Shown in pieces: positions 51,590 through 64,000 of a stretch of DNA of 64,000 nt. The notes under the pieces were generated by a model. The model made no database searches, had not been told where the DNA came from, and saw only the letters and a list, made by a program, of their open reading frames with translations. Every line of letters begins with the position of its first letter. Positions within the stretch are counted from its first letter, which is position 1. The stretch comes from Callorhinchus milii (lineage: Eukaryota): positions 104,658,001-104,722,000 of the forward strand of contig NW_024704743.1 of the NCBI RefSeq assembly GCF_018977255.1. Reading direction: 5' to 3'. A program made the translations under genes and the position numbers.

Positions 51590-52257
51590 AATATAATAAT
51601 AATCCTTGTATTTGATATAATGACTTATCACAATGTTTTGCCGGCTCGAAGCATTTCACAGAATATATTGTATAGTGAATTGATTGTGTATTTTGTGCCT
51701 AGCAGTATCCTACAAACAGTTATAATAATAATCCTTGCATTTGATATAGCGTTTTTCACATCTTCTAGACGTCTCAAAGAGCTTTACAGAATTTTGCTGT
51801 AAAGTGTATTGACTGTATATTTGTGGGAAAAACGTGGCAGTCAATTGCGCACAGCAGTGTCCCACAAACAGTCGTGGATTGAAAATTACCAATTTATTAT
51901 TGTTTTTGTTTTTTGGAGGGATTATTATCAGTGTGGAGTAAGGAAACTTGCCCAAGGTTTCGCTCTGCCTGGAATTGAACCCAGGTGTCTCGCTTGCAAG
52001 GCGAGTGCTCTAACCACTGAGCTACAGGACTCCACGAATGTGGAGTTGTGGAATGAGTGACCAATTTTTTTTTGAGGGATTATTTCCCCCAAAAGCAATC
52101 CACCAATCGACTAACAACCAGGTTACTATTTACTGCTAGGTAAGCAGAAGCATGTGGAGTAAGGAGAGATGCCTAAGGTTTGCCCCACCCAGGAATTTAA
52201 CCCAGGTTGTCTCACTTGCAGGGTAAGTGTGCTAATCATTTTGCTATGGGATTCCAC
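51590..52257 (-). mobile_element. Nested SINEs: short family A copy (~51721-52035) inside a long-variant copy
   Basis: The outer copy is split at ...caaacagt|tgtggaatgagtgacc; two tRNA heads and two tails are present. Confidence 0.8.
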
Positions 52258-54027
52258 ATATCTCTTCCGCTGCTTTAAGAAATTATATCAAAAAGTTCAT
52301 AGGAGACTCCTCTATTTTAACGTTCCTCTTTCTTATTGAAGCAATTTGTTTTGTATGCAAGATAAGTTGCACCAAATATATTTATAAAATAAAGAAATGA
52401 AGCACTGATCAGAAACATTTCCATACTGATAATAACATCTGGAGCCAAAAATTGCATTCAGAGCAAAATTTGATCTTCAAAAGAAAGTGTAATGTTAAAT
52501 GTTTATAACAGCAATAAAACAACTGAAAATTCTATTGCACCATTGTACAAGGTAAAGATTTAGCCTCACTAACAGGAGAACCAACAACTATTATATAGTC
52601 CCAACAGCAATACATCAGCAAAATAAAATTGCCAGCAATTCATTACTGTAGTGATATCAAATACTTATTATCAATACATTTCACTGTAAACCATCCTGTT
52701 TTATTCCGACAAAAACAATGATTTTGGAAATGTCAATTAGGTCAAGCTAATATAACTTATTTTTCAAGAGAACAATCCCAACTTCCTTATTTTTTCCTTA
52801 AAAGTTAAATTGTAAATGCATTTGATTGTGCTTTCAGTCATCTTTCTCCTTCCCTCCCTCTTAAGGTCCTGCCCCGGTTTGGGTGTGCAGCCAGCAGTGC
52901 AAAGTGCCTTGAGATTGCTTCCTGGCATTGAAAGCCTCATATAAATGTAAATTGTACTCTATTGCATAAATTCTTGACTCAGAATCATTTTGGATGTTCA
53001 TCTTCCTACTTAGCTACTAGCAATAATATGCTTTCTAAAATGGTGTGACCAAGACTGCAAACTGTGGGAAGAAATATGGAGTATTGTAAGGATTTGTTTT
53101 GTTCAGTTGGTGTCTGATAATAATAATAATCAATAATAATAATTTCTCATACAAGTGAACACCCATCATCAAGCTTAAGAGTATCCAGGCCAGACTGAGA
53201 GTTCCACGTATGTATGCTACCTCCGCACGTGTGTTTCCTTATGTCTGGATTGAAGTGTGCACTCTATTCCAGGAGGGCTGCACCCTGCTTAACTAATTTC
53301 ACAGAGGCCTAGGTACAGGTTAGCAGAGACTTGAGGACTCCAGTGTGTGTGTTGGGATACTACTTCATTTTAATCAGCTAAATCTGTATAGTTTGTCATT
53401 GAGAGCACAGTTCTTTGCAGTACTAATAGGGTTCCTTTGGAATTCCTCTTGATCTGCAGGAAATCTGCTGTGGAAATAGAACTTGTTGGAATGGACTTCA
53501 GCACCTCGTGATGTCCTCCCAAAGTGAAAGCCGCTATACAAATGTAATTTGTTGTTATTCTATAGTCCAGAATGATGTACTTCCAATTACTGGGAATCAT
53601 CCCTGTTCGTGTGGCTCTGATTCCTCAATGTGGAATCCTAGGAAAATGCCACAACTTTGACTCTAAAAATGTATGAAACTTCATCGCTATTTAAAGAAAT
53701 TAAGGTACAACACACTAAATAAACTTGGACAGAAACTAAAAATGTAATGATTAATTAGGAGTTGCACCCTAATTAACCTCGACAGATTGCATTTCATTAG
53801 CAAATAATATGCATGCTATTGAAGTCGAAAACTTGTTCTTTTTTCAGGGCGAACTATTGCATAGCTGGAATTACTCACACATTAATCAAATCTCAATGAA
53901 TAATAGTTCAATGAAAAATTATTGCAAAAGATTTGCTCAAAAATTCCTCATGCTAGTGAACCAGAGCTGCAGCTAGGACAGATGCTCTTCAGCCTCACAT
54001 CACTTGTAGATGCAAGGAAAGTGTGAT

Positions 54028-54418
54028 AATGATAATAATAATAATCCTTGCATGTAATATAGCACTTTTCACATCTTCTAGATGACTCAAAGCGCTTCAC
54101 ACAATATAATAATAATAATCCTTGCATTTGATATAGCGCTTTTCACGTCGGGAGGACGTCCCAAAGCGCTTCACAGAAAACACTGTAAATCGAATTAACT
54201 GTATATTTGTGGGCAAACGCGGCAGCCAATTGCGCACAGCAGTGTCTCACAAACAGTCGTGGATTGAAGTGACCAATTTATTATTGTGTTTTTTTCTTGA
54301 GGGATTATCATCAGACGTGTGGAGTAAAGAAATTTGCCCACGGTTTCGCCCTGCTGAGAATCAAACTCAGGTCTCTCGCTTGCGAGATGATTGCTCTAAT
54401 CTGAGTTGCAGGACTCCA
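54028..54418 (-). mobile_element. SINE family A with duplicated 3' tail
   Basis: Two ataatccttgca...aagcgcttcaca segments in tandem, then body and head. Confidence 0.85.
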
Positions 54419-54704
54419 GCTGATTGGAGTCAAATTCGCTGAAATTCAATAACTACCAGTGCACATTTACTTAGAGGTCATTCAATAGATCAAAATTGTA
54501 TTCAGAACCGTCAGCCTCTGCCCTCTTATACCATACATAATGTGTCTAAAATGCAATGCTGCATTTTGAAAACTGGATTACAAAGTATCCAATTCACATT
54601 GTTTGGATTTTAAAAAAAGTATAAGTTTGATTGGTTTAAGTCCAAAGAAAGGCTCAAATTTATTTTCTCGCATTTTGTCCGGCTTTCTGACCTTTTCTCA
54701 GCCA

Positions 54705-54978
54705 CAAAAAGTGAAACGGGCAGCCAAGTGGGCACAGCAGTATCCCACAAATAGTCGTGGATTGAGTGAGCAAATTATTATTGTTTTTTTCTTGAGGGAT
54801 TATTATCCCCGGAAAGCGATCTCCGCCAATCAACTAACAACTGAGTTCCTACTTACTGCTAGGTAAACAGAGGAATAAATGTGTGGAGGAAAGAAATTTA
54901 CCCAAAATCCTGCCAGGAATAGAACCCAGGTCTCTCGCTTGCGAGGCAAGTGCTCTAACCACTGAGCTACAGGATTCC
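54705..54978 (-). mobile_element. SINE family A, long variant (3' tail missing)
   Basis: Contains the extra ~60-bp segment aaagcgatctccgccaatcaactaacaactgagttcctacttactgctaggtaaacagagg. Confidence 0.8.
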
Positions 54979-55271
54979 ATGAAGAAGAGTCCACAAAGAT
55001 ACAATGTTGGTACTAACTCATCAATAATAGCTATACAGTGCACTCTAGTCCCAAATCACTGCTACTTCCCAGTATCTTTTCATATTGTAATTATTGTACC
55101 TTCTAATAGGCAGAACTTAAAATCATACAATTTCAGTAGAAATCTATAATTATATTCTCAATAGGCCAATGCACTATAGATGTCATGAACAGCATTCATA
55201 ACTCAATGAAGCAGTCACAAAAAATCAATTGATCTATTCATGAAGAATTGTGGTATTGAAAAAATACTTAC

Positions 55272-55428
55272 CCGTCACGGACAACAGCATATTTGTCGTT
55301 GCCTGGCCAATTGTATTCCTTGCAGCACACTCATACCTCCCTTGGTCCGCCTGGCCAATGTCCCTGATACCCAGTGTACCCTCGGAATTAATATGGAATT
55401 TTCCACTTTCTGTAATCTGAACTCCATC
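55272..55428 (-). CDS. PXDNL: Peroxidasin-like exon 14 (Ig domain 4, C-terminal half)
   Basis: 157 nt, cag|...|gtaagt. Translates [52 protein letters not shown]. Confidence 0.94.
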
Positions 55429-56061
55429 CTGTTATGACAAACACATTCATTCTGTAGCTTTCAGTGGAAATGCTACACTGGGTTTCTCAAACAAGTTTCA
55501 GATCATTATTAAAGTCTTATTTGGGTTTCTGTAGAAGACTAGAATTCAGAAGGCTCTGAATTGGTTAAATCGGGACTCCTTCTTAAAATTGGAAATACAC
55601 TATTCCGAGCCATGGGAACTCTGATGGGATCGAATTCAGGAGCAGACATCCAATAGACAATTTGAATTATTAAGGAACCCTGTTAAGAATTACCACAAGA
55701 TAGATTTCATAGTTCCTACTTTGTGGTTAATATTATTTTCCAAATTTTATTTCCACTTCTTTTAATTATTAATTTTCAGAGCTTTTTTTTATAATCCAGT
55801 AAGGAGGAAATACTGGCTATTCTGATTTAAAAATTCAGAAAACTGCTCTTGTCCAAGTAGAAGTACATTTGCCTCTCATGAGAGCATGCAGATTGGAGGT
55901 AGAGGGGAAAATGGGCAAATATGTCTTACAAGGAAGCAGCCAAGCCGAAAAACCCAGAGAAATCAGTAGTTTAATGTTTATTCCAGCTATTGTCTCCATT
56001 AAGGCGCAGAAAGCATCCATCCCATCATTCTTATTATTGGTTGATTTTCTGCTCCTCGTAC

Positions 56062-56174
56062 CTTAGTCCAAGTAACGGTGGGGTGAGGTTCTCCTTGAGC
56101 ACTGCAGGGTATCTCCACATCCTGACCAACATCTGCGCTAATATCCCGTGGCACAGTGGTAAACACTGGTATCA
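56062..56174 (-). CDS. PXDNL: Peroxidasin-like exon 13 (Ig domain 4, N-terminal half)
   Basis: 113 nt, cag|...|gtac. Translates (V)[37 protein letters not shown]. Confidence 0.93.
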
Positions 56175-56510
56175 CTGGGTGCAATTTGTAATACAAAATT
56201 AGAATTTGAGACCAGACATAGTAGAAATCAAGTTAGTGCAATAAATTATTAAACACTACGCAGAAATAATTACAAAACACACAAAAATATAATATTTTAG
56301 AAATAATTATATCATCCAATATTACAGCTATGTTTCAATGGCTTGACAATGAGAGTGTCATAAAGTGCAGAATGAGAATAACTAATTTCACCTATGAAGC
56401 CCACTCTTTCCACAAACCAAGTGCATATAATTGGCCATACTGTGGACTCTACTCCATCCATTTAAACTGCTGCAGGAAAGTTCTACATGGATTCCATCTC
56501 ATCCCCATCA

Positions 56511-56829
56511 TGGAGTACTGGAGCTCAGTGGTTAGAGCACTCGCCTCACAAGCGAGAGACCTGGGTTCAATTCCTGGCAAGGCAAAATCTTGGGCAAGTT
56601 TCCTTACTCCACACGCCTGATAATAAACCCTCAAGAAATAAAAGCAATAATAAATTGGTCACTTCCATCCACTACTGTTTGTGGGACACTGCTGTACGCA
56701 ATTGGCTACTGCATTTCGCCCACAAATATACAGTCAATTTACTTTACAGTACATTCTGTGAAGCGCTTTGAGACGTCTAGAAGACATGAAAAGCGCTATA
56801 TCAAATGCAAGGATTACTATTATTATTAT
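56511..56829 (+). mobile_element. SINE family A, full length
   Basis: ggagtactggagctcagtggttagagc...aaatgcaaggattactattattatt. Confidence 0.9.
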
Positions 56830-56970
56830 CTTGTGAAACTCAGAATATATCTAAGGGATTGCACATCATGGAATAATAAATACCCTCTGATGCAATCTAC
56901 TCTCGGAGCAGAGTATTGGCCTAAAGTGCTTGATGCATTTTTCCTTTCCTGATATGAGATGTTACTGTAC

Positions 56971-57129
56971 CTTTGGGCTGTATCGTTAACTGGACAGATG
57001 CTCGTTTAACCTGCACCACATTGATAGCCTGACACTCATATTGGCCTTGGTCATGAGGGGCTACTCGAACAATCCGTAAGGTTCCGGTGGGCAAGACCGA
57101 ATGTCTTCTGTCATTGGGGAGCTGTCCTC
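56971..57129 (-). CDS. PXDNL: Peroxidasin-like exon 12 (Ig domain 3, C-terminal half)
   Basis: 159 nt, tag|...|gtac. Translates GQLPNDRRHSVLPTGTLRIVRVAPHDQGQYECQAINVVQVKRASVQLTIQPK, with the Ig D-x-G-x-Y-x-C motif. Confidence 0.93.
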
Positions 57130-57562
57130 CTAGAGAACAGAAAGCAAAGCAATATTTCTTCAGTCAAGTAAAGTCTGCTACAACTCACAGCCGTTAAACT
57201 GGACAGTGTATACAACTACAGTGTATGAGCATTTCACAGTGCTGCTATTCTAGACCACTTCTGCTTTTGGTTGTGAACACTTCAAAGAGGTTTTACAAGA
57301 CAAAGTTGATTATGACAGGATACTTTTTTTAAAAAGTGAATGATTTATTTATTCTGTAAGGTTATTGGTTATTGTAAGGTATCTTATATATTTAACATTT
57401 ACATGTGGAACAATGATTTATTCTGAACAATGTTATCCCAAACTGTCTTTAAGATGAATCTAATAGATGAAGTTTAGACCTTAACTGACATTTTACAGTT
57501 TTAGCTAACAACCCAAAATGTAATTGCCAGAAAATGTGATGCTTTGCTTTAACGAAATATAC

Positions 57563-57679
57563 CTGCTTTTGTCCAAGCAATGACTGGGGTTGGATTGCCT
57601 TCAGCTGCACAGTCAAAGTCTACCGTATGCCCCTCTATTATGACCTGGTCCATAGGAGTGACTGTAAATCTCGGGGGGG
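57563..57679 (-). CDS. PXDNL: Peroxidasin-like exon 11 (Ig domain 3, N-terminal half)
   Basis: 117 nt, cag|...|gtat. Translates [38 protein letters not shown](G), homologous to peroxidasin Ig3. Upstream exons lie beyond the window. Confidence 0.93.
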
Positions 57680-60126
57680 CTGGGTATATAAAGGATAATG
57701 TTCAGAAACTATTAGGAAATGAGAATACACTGTAAAACAATAGTACCACATTATTGAATGAAACACTTAGATAAAGGTGGAACAATTAATCAAATAAACT
57801 CACATATTTTATTATACAATTTCCTTACATCTCATTTTTTATTAAAAGAAAATGCTTATTAGCAGTTTAGGTTAATGAATGAAACAAACACAAGAGATTA
57901 CAGGAATCAAACTGCACTTTGGATCTTATTACTGGTATAATAAAGTAGAACGTTAATTCATTTATTATTAAAACATGGTAACTGCAAGAGTTTGCTATGA
58001 ATAAAATTTCACTCAATTTCTTCAGTATTCTTACTAATAGAATGCCATTTATAAGCAGGATCCTCATTTATCCAAGTGTTGTGTACCAAAGCACTCTCTT
58101 TATTACATTTGGTAAAAGTGTGAATTTGAACTAAGCACAGATTGAAAGTCCTGTTGATTAATTTTTTTGGCCATATGAAAAAGTCTGTGTGCAGCTCTCT
58201 CTCTGTATCTGCCTCACTCTCCCGAATTCAATTGTGGAGTCTCTACAACTCACTCCTTCCCTTGCCTCCTTCAAGTTCTGTCTGAAGACTTTCCTCTTTG
58301 ATCGCACCTTTGGTCATTTTTCTCTCCCCTGCCCCTTGGCCCACATGCCCTTGCCTCCCAGCCCCAGCTTTGGGGATAATAACATGAAATAGGTGTATAT
58401 GTTTCCTAACCCTGGGAAGGTCGTAGTCAACTTAGCCTCCCTGTGCAGCCCCAGCTGAGACCAGCAACCTCAATAAAAACCAGCGATCTCCTGATCTGTA
58501 AACTGCAGCTTTATCTAATACACCATCAGGGCTGTCCACGTGACTCTTTTCTCACCTCACACTATCTTATTCTTTTTTGTCTCTTCCTCTAGTTTAACAA
58601 ACAATACTATGATGAATTCTTCTCTGAATATATCTCCCAAGATCAAATTGCACACACATTCCTTTGGTTGCTGTAACCAGCCTTTTAATAGCAGAAAAGG
58701 TGATCATTTAAATTTTCTGAAGTTGAACAATGCAAACCATGGTGAATGAGTGTGCACTATGTGATTTGATATGCATATCATTTGTACTCCACAGGTGTTA
58801 ATAATAATAATCCTTGCATTTGATATAGCGCCTTATCATGTTTTTGAAACGTTTCCAAGCGCTTCACAGAATATACTGCAAAGTGAATTTGTATTGTGGG
58901 CAAAACATGGCAGCCAATTGTGCGCAGCAGTGTCCCATAAACAGTCGTGGATTGAAGTGACCAATTTTTTTTAAGGAAAAGCGATCTGCCAATTAATCCC
59001 ATTAATCCTCAAACAGTACTTCCAGGAGTGAAGCTCCAGTTTAACTCACACTACCCCAGGCTCCCGCTTATCTTGCAGGTTTGTAATAAGCCTTGTTAAG
59101 CACTCTATGCGGTGCAAACATAGTAGTAGAAAGAGGGTTTAGTCAGAAATCTGGATGGCTGAAAGAGCAAATGAAACAATTGCAATTGATGAATGAGCCA
59201 AATCCTGTTGCTTTAACTCAATTGGAACAATCTCCTCTGACCACTGGTGCTGTGCTGTGGGTGTGTTCAACGTCAAACAAATGGCTCTCCATGGAAAGGA
59301 ATAATTTTATACTTTATTCATTACTGGGTTATGTTTTAAAATGGAGATTTATGAGACACAGTATCTTTGCGTTTGAGTTTCCTATGGTTTTTCAGCCCAG
59401 TTCAATGGTGTTTGATTTACTATGAAGGCTCTCGTTAGGAAAACATGCTGGGTTGTAAAAGAATTATTTGTGTTATAGTTAATGCTTTGCTTTGTTTCGA
59501 GAGCGGAAGCTTGCAAAATCGAATGAAGTATTTGAGAATTGTGCCATCCTTTTCTCATCCACTTAAATGGTATAAACTGCACCTTACATTTCAAAACTGT
59601 CACCCGTCATGGATTCACATTTCTGGCGTAAAAACTGAGGGATGTGATTTGATCTCCGGTGAGGATTATTATCATTTCAACCCAAATTACGATGATTTGA
59701 TAATTAACAACAGCAAGGTGATATCCCCCACCCCTCATCCTGACTTTAGCTTACTGATAAGATACAGAGACCCATCACAATAATTAACAGTATCCAAACC
59801 ACATGAGAATTCTAATAATAATCCTTTGATATAGCACCTTATCACGTCTTCGAGAAGTCTCAAAGCGTTTCACAGACTATACCTTAAAGTGAATTGATTG
59901 TACATTTTGTGGGCAAAATATATGTATGCCACCTACACGCAGAAAATTTCCTGGAACTGGTATGAAATGTGCTCTCTCTCCATGGAGGTCTTCCCACAAC
60001 ACTGAAGGTGGATGACCCTCGAATAACTGATGAGAAATCTCTGAAACTTGGGACAACAGCTGTGTTATCTGGAGTCTGGGTTTGTGATCATATGTTCATA
60101 CAGCTTGGATTTTTTTTTTTTTTTGG

Positions 60127-61322
60127 GTCTGACATATGCGGAAATCCATCACCACGCTTAAGGATATCCAAACCAAGCTGAGAGTTCCATGCATCTACAC
60201 ATGGAAATCCCAGAGATAGATTGTTGGAAATGGAATACGCATCTCTCCCTGGAGGGATGCATTCTGCTTGCCTAATTTCGGAAAGTATTAGGAGCAGGTT
60301 GGCAAGAGCCAAGGCCTGGTGACCCCAGAGTGTGCTTTGGGGTACTGCTGGATCTAACCAGCTAAAACCGCATAGCTTGCCAATGATATTGCTGCTTCCC
60401 TGCTGCTTGTCCAGCTAGGACCATCCTATCGGTTAGGGCTTTGACTTCCAGGGTTAACAGGAGCTGAGTGGGATGATTCCCTGCCCCAAGTGACTGATCT
60501 GCCCTTCCAGGTCCTGCCGTTGAGCTAGGCTGGTTGTTATGTTATCAGCAGTGCCCTGGGACACTTGCAGACCAGCCTGGCTCAGGAACCGGACTACTGA
60601 GACCACCACAGTTGGCTCGATTCTGACATTCTATTGACAGGCATGTCACTTTGGAGCCAGTTCAGCTCTAAAGAGAACCCACTTACCTCTCCCCAAAGAG
60701 GCTTGGAATCCACTTTGATAGATATAGCAAAAGCTAAGCACCCACTGCTCAAGCTTTTCACCTCCAACTTTTAGAACAATCACTTAATGGGTAGTGATTA
60801 TGAGCTGTATGAAGATGGTGGCAATGCTCCAGAGCAAGCCTTTCATGCTGAGCTATGAGGAAGGCTCATCTGGTCATGCTCACCAGGAAGCTCACCTCGT
60901 GAGGGCTCAAATGTGTGCTCGTCAGATATCAAATCCTAAGCTGACGTGAAGATCACATGCTTGACAACTTAATGTCATAATTGAGTCAAACCTCTGGCTG
61001 TTATAGGCAGTCCAGTTCCTGAACCAGGTAGGTTCACGGTACTCCAGGCTGCTGCTGGTGACAGACCTACCAGCCTGGCGCATTGGCAGGACTCGGAGGG
61101 GCAGGCCAGCCAGCGGGAAGCTTGCCAGATATGCTCCCAATGGTAAACTATATGGTTTTAGCTGCTTAAACTCAGTACCACCAATGCACTCTTTGGAACT
61201 CCCTATCCTTGTCAGGATGCATCCCTCCAGAGAGAATGTGCACATTCCATTCCAGCACATGGAAATTTTATGTGGTTTGGATATTCTAAAGCTTGGTGAT
61301 GGATTTCCGCGTATGTCAGACA
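60127..61322. mobile_element. Unclassified repeat arranged as a ~1.2-kb inverted repeat; related copies at ~34790-35500, ~53155-53365, ~31540-31690 and ~59920-60090
   Basis: Left end gtctgacatatgcggaaatccatcaccacgcttaaggatatccaaacc matches the reverse complement of the right end (gtctgacatacgcggaaatccatcaccaagctttagaatatccaaacc). Similarity continues inward for several hundred bp. Confidence 0.75.
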
Positions 61323-61829
61323 TCTGGCTGATCAAAACAAAAGATCTTAAAGAGTGTAGATAAAATCAATCCTAATAATATGTTTAACACAGTCACAAAC
61401 TCTATAACACAGGAACAAATTGAGCTTGGCAAAGGAAGGTTGAGTGAAAGTTCAAATTTAATTACTTTACACAGAGACTAGCAAATACTTGAAATATATT
61501 ATCTAGGGAGGAGCTGGAAGCAGCTTGTGTCAGCAAATTCAAGTGGGAATTAGATAGCATTTTAGTGAAAATATTAATTGGGGGCACAAGATAGAATGTT
61601 TCCTATTCCTTTGGGACTGGCCAGATGGATGCAATGCCTCTCCCTTTGCTTCCTTCAAGACACTCCTCTTTGACCGTGCCTTCGATCACCCTCCTTCTCC
61701 CACCGCCCTTCACCCTCCCCTATCCCTACCCTCAGCTCGGATCCGAAATATTGATTGTCCAGCACCTTAGGAGGCCCTATACAAATGTAATTTTGTTATC
61801 ATTGCAACAACAATAACATGTACTTATAA

Positions 61830-62385
61830 AGCGGTCTCCACTGCAGGATAGAGTCCCAGAGTGCTTAACAGTAGCAGAGCCTGACTCCGAGCCGGCGGAG
61901 GGGGGAGAAATTGGCCGTAAGCACAGTTGAAGAGGAAGGTTTTCAGGAGGGAATTGAAAAACGGGGGAGAGAGGAGGCAAGGAGGTGGGATTGAGGGAGA
62001 GTGTTCCAGAGTTTTGGGGCGTAGTGGCTGAAGGTGCGACCACCAATGGTGAGGCAGAGGGTGCGAGGGACGGGCAGGAGGCCAGTGCCAGTTGAGCGGA
62101 GGCACTAGGTGGTGGATTGGAAAGTGAGGAGGTTGGAGAGGTAGGGAGGTGCCAGAGAGTGAAGGGATTTGAACACGAGTGTGAGGATCTTGAAGTCGAT
62201 CCGTTTGGTGATGGGGAGCCAGTGGAGCCTGGCCAGAGCTGGTGAGATGTGGGTACAGAGTTTGGTCCGGCAGAGTTCTGAATGAGCTGAATCTTTTGAA
62301 TAGTGGAGCTGGGGAGACCAGCGTGGAGTGCGTTTGAGTAATCCAGGTGGCTGGTGACAAACGGATGCACAAAATGCTTTGAAAT
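61830..62385 (-). mobile_element. L2 LINE 3' fragment (tail-to-tail with a + strand L2 3' fragment at ~61630-61815)
   Basis: HPFVTSHLDYSN and ARLHWLPITKRIDFKILTLVFKSLH remnants. Confidence 0.8.
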
Positions 62386-62824
62386 TCACGCATACTGTAC
62401 TCACTGGATAACTCTTGTGAATTAACTTAAGAACTTTTAAAACTTTCCAGCACTTTTGAGGAATGTAGGTAATTATAAACTGGGCAGTTTGCGGTGTTTC
62501 CTAACTATCGCCAAAGATGTTGCCCATTAGGTGGCAGCACACTCCTACTTGTGCATTTTCTTTCAATTTATAATGATGGAGCCCACTATCTTTGACATTA
62601 GTTTGGTGATGGTAAGTATAATTGTAAATTATGTGGCCTAGACTGGCTTTTATATTTTGGTTTGTTTACAATCTATTTTCCAAGGTAGATCTGCTGAGAA
62701 GGGGCAAAATACATCCTATCACCAACCAATCTATTGATGGGGTGGACTCAGTCCGAGGTCTTGATCCGTAAACACTTAATTTTGAGTTGGGGAGATCACC
62801 CTTCCTTATGAAAATAACTGTTGT

Positions 62825-63218
62825 GTCAGCCTGGCTCAATTTGTAGCACTCTCAAAAGGTTCTGGGTTCAAGTCCTACATCAAAAGTTTGAGCTCACAAG
62901 ATCTAGGCTGACACTCCATTACAATGCTGAGGGAGCACTGCACTTATTGTCATAAGTGCTGTCCTTCAAATACGACTATAAACCGAGCTCTTGTCTGTCC
63001 CTGGTCACGTGTATGCTAAAGATCCAAAGTCACTATTCAAAAAGTGATGGGAGTTTCTCCTGGTGTCCTGGTCATTCACTTCAAAGCTGTTTGTGGGACA
63101 TTGGACAAATTGGCTACTGTGTTTGCCTCCAAATAAATCGTCATTAAACTTTGTAGTGAATCACTTTGAGGAATTTTGACAATGTAATCATCATCAAATG
63201 CAAGGATTATTATTATTC
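62825..63218 (+). mobile_element. SINE family B
   Basis: gtcagcctggctcaatttgtagcactctc head; ends aaatgcaaggattattattatt. Confidence 0.8.
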
Positions 63219-64000
63219 CGGAATATAAAGTAATTTAGAAGCTGCTCTATGGGCTTTGATTTACAATCACACTTGTCACTGCTTCAGTAATATCAAAGAT
63301 GGTGGAAACTGGGATTTAGAAAGGAAGTGATAACCTAGTGAGAGTGATGTTCTGCTAACTAGCGAGTGACAACTGAGAAACACCATAAACTTTATTCCAT
63401 TGCTTCTAAAACCATGTTGGCTGCAATTGTGAACTCCATGATCTTCGAAACAAATGTGATGCCATCATGCAGAATGGTCTCAACTATGTTCCTATATTCT
63501 CATTATTAATATTGATTTGTCTATAATTCACTGATTCAGGTCCTATGTAGACTTGCAATAATACAAGATATTATGCTGTCCACCCCCACCCACCCCCTTC
63601 CCCCAACTGTGTTTATGTAATTCTTGAAAATATTAACCATGGCCTTCCCTACTTCCTCACTCATTTCCTTAAGGATTGCAGAATTTATCCCATCCGGTGA
63701 GAGGTCTCCAATTTTTATTCATTACTCATACATATATATGCCTTCCTGATCTCTACATATGTTATAGATTTCTGAGACAATTTGACTAGATCTGGAATAT
63801 TGCCAAACTCTTCATTTTTGGAGACTGATAGAAAAAATAATTTAACACATCTGTGATTTCCTGATTCCCTGCATAATATTTTCTACTCAGCCTATCCCTT
63901 AAAGACCTTATTCAGTTTAAACACTCTTTGAGGTCTCTCACATGCTGCTTGTTAAAATAGCAAACTTGTCGTTACTTGTTTACAATGGGGAATCCTGATG

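Overview
Vertebrate, AT-rich, intron-dominated genomic DNA. The repeat content (tRNA-Deu-L2 SINEs, L2, CR1 and Penelope-like elements) points to a cartilaginous fish, possibly a chimaera. The minus strand carries the last 13 coding exons (equivalent to exons 11-23) of a peroxidasin-family gene, from 57679 down to the TAA stop at 13491-13493. They encode Ig domains 3-4, the heme peroxidase domain, the linker with furin sites, a helical region and the VWC domain. All 13 exons have canonical splice sites and compatible phases. Diagnostic residues and indels match PXDNL rather than PXDN, yet the catalytic residues lost in human PXDNL are intact here. The main finding is in intron 19: two apparently unannotated, paralogous 99-nt phase-1/phase-1 exons (25909-26007 and 24470-24568). 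Both end in the same rare GC donor (AG|gcgagt), and both encode a 33-residue heptad coiled-coil helix that would insert between the C-terminal cysteines of the peroxidase domain and the furin site. Other observations are a candidate poison exon in intron 16 next to a ~500-bp palindrome, a ~1.2-kb fold-back element, and nested or modular SINEs. Exon numbers and comparisons to human proteins come from recalled knowledge, not from a search; repeat boundaries are approximate.
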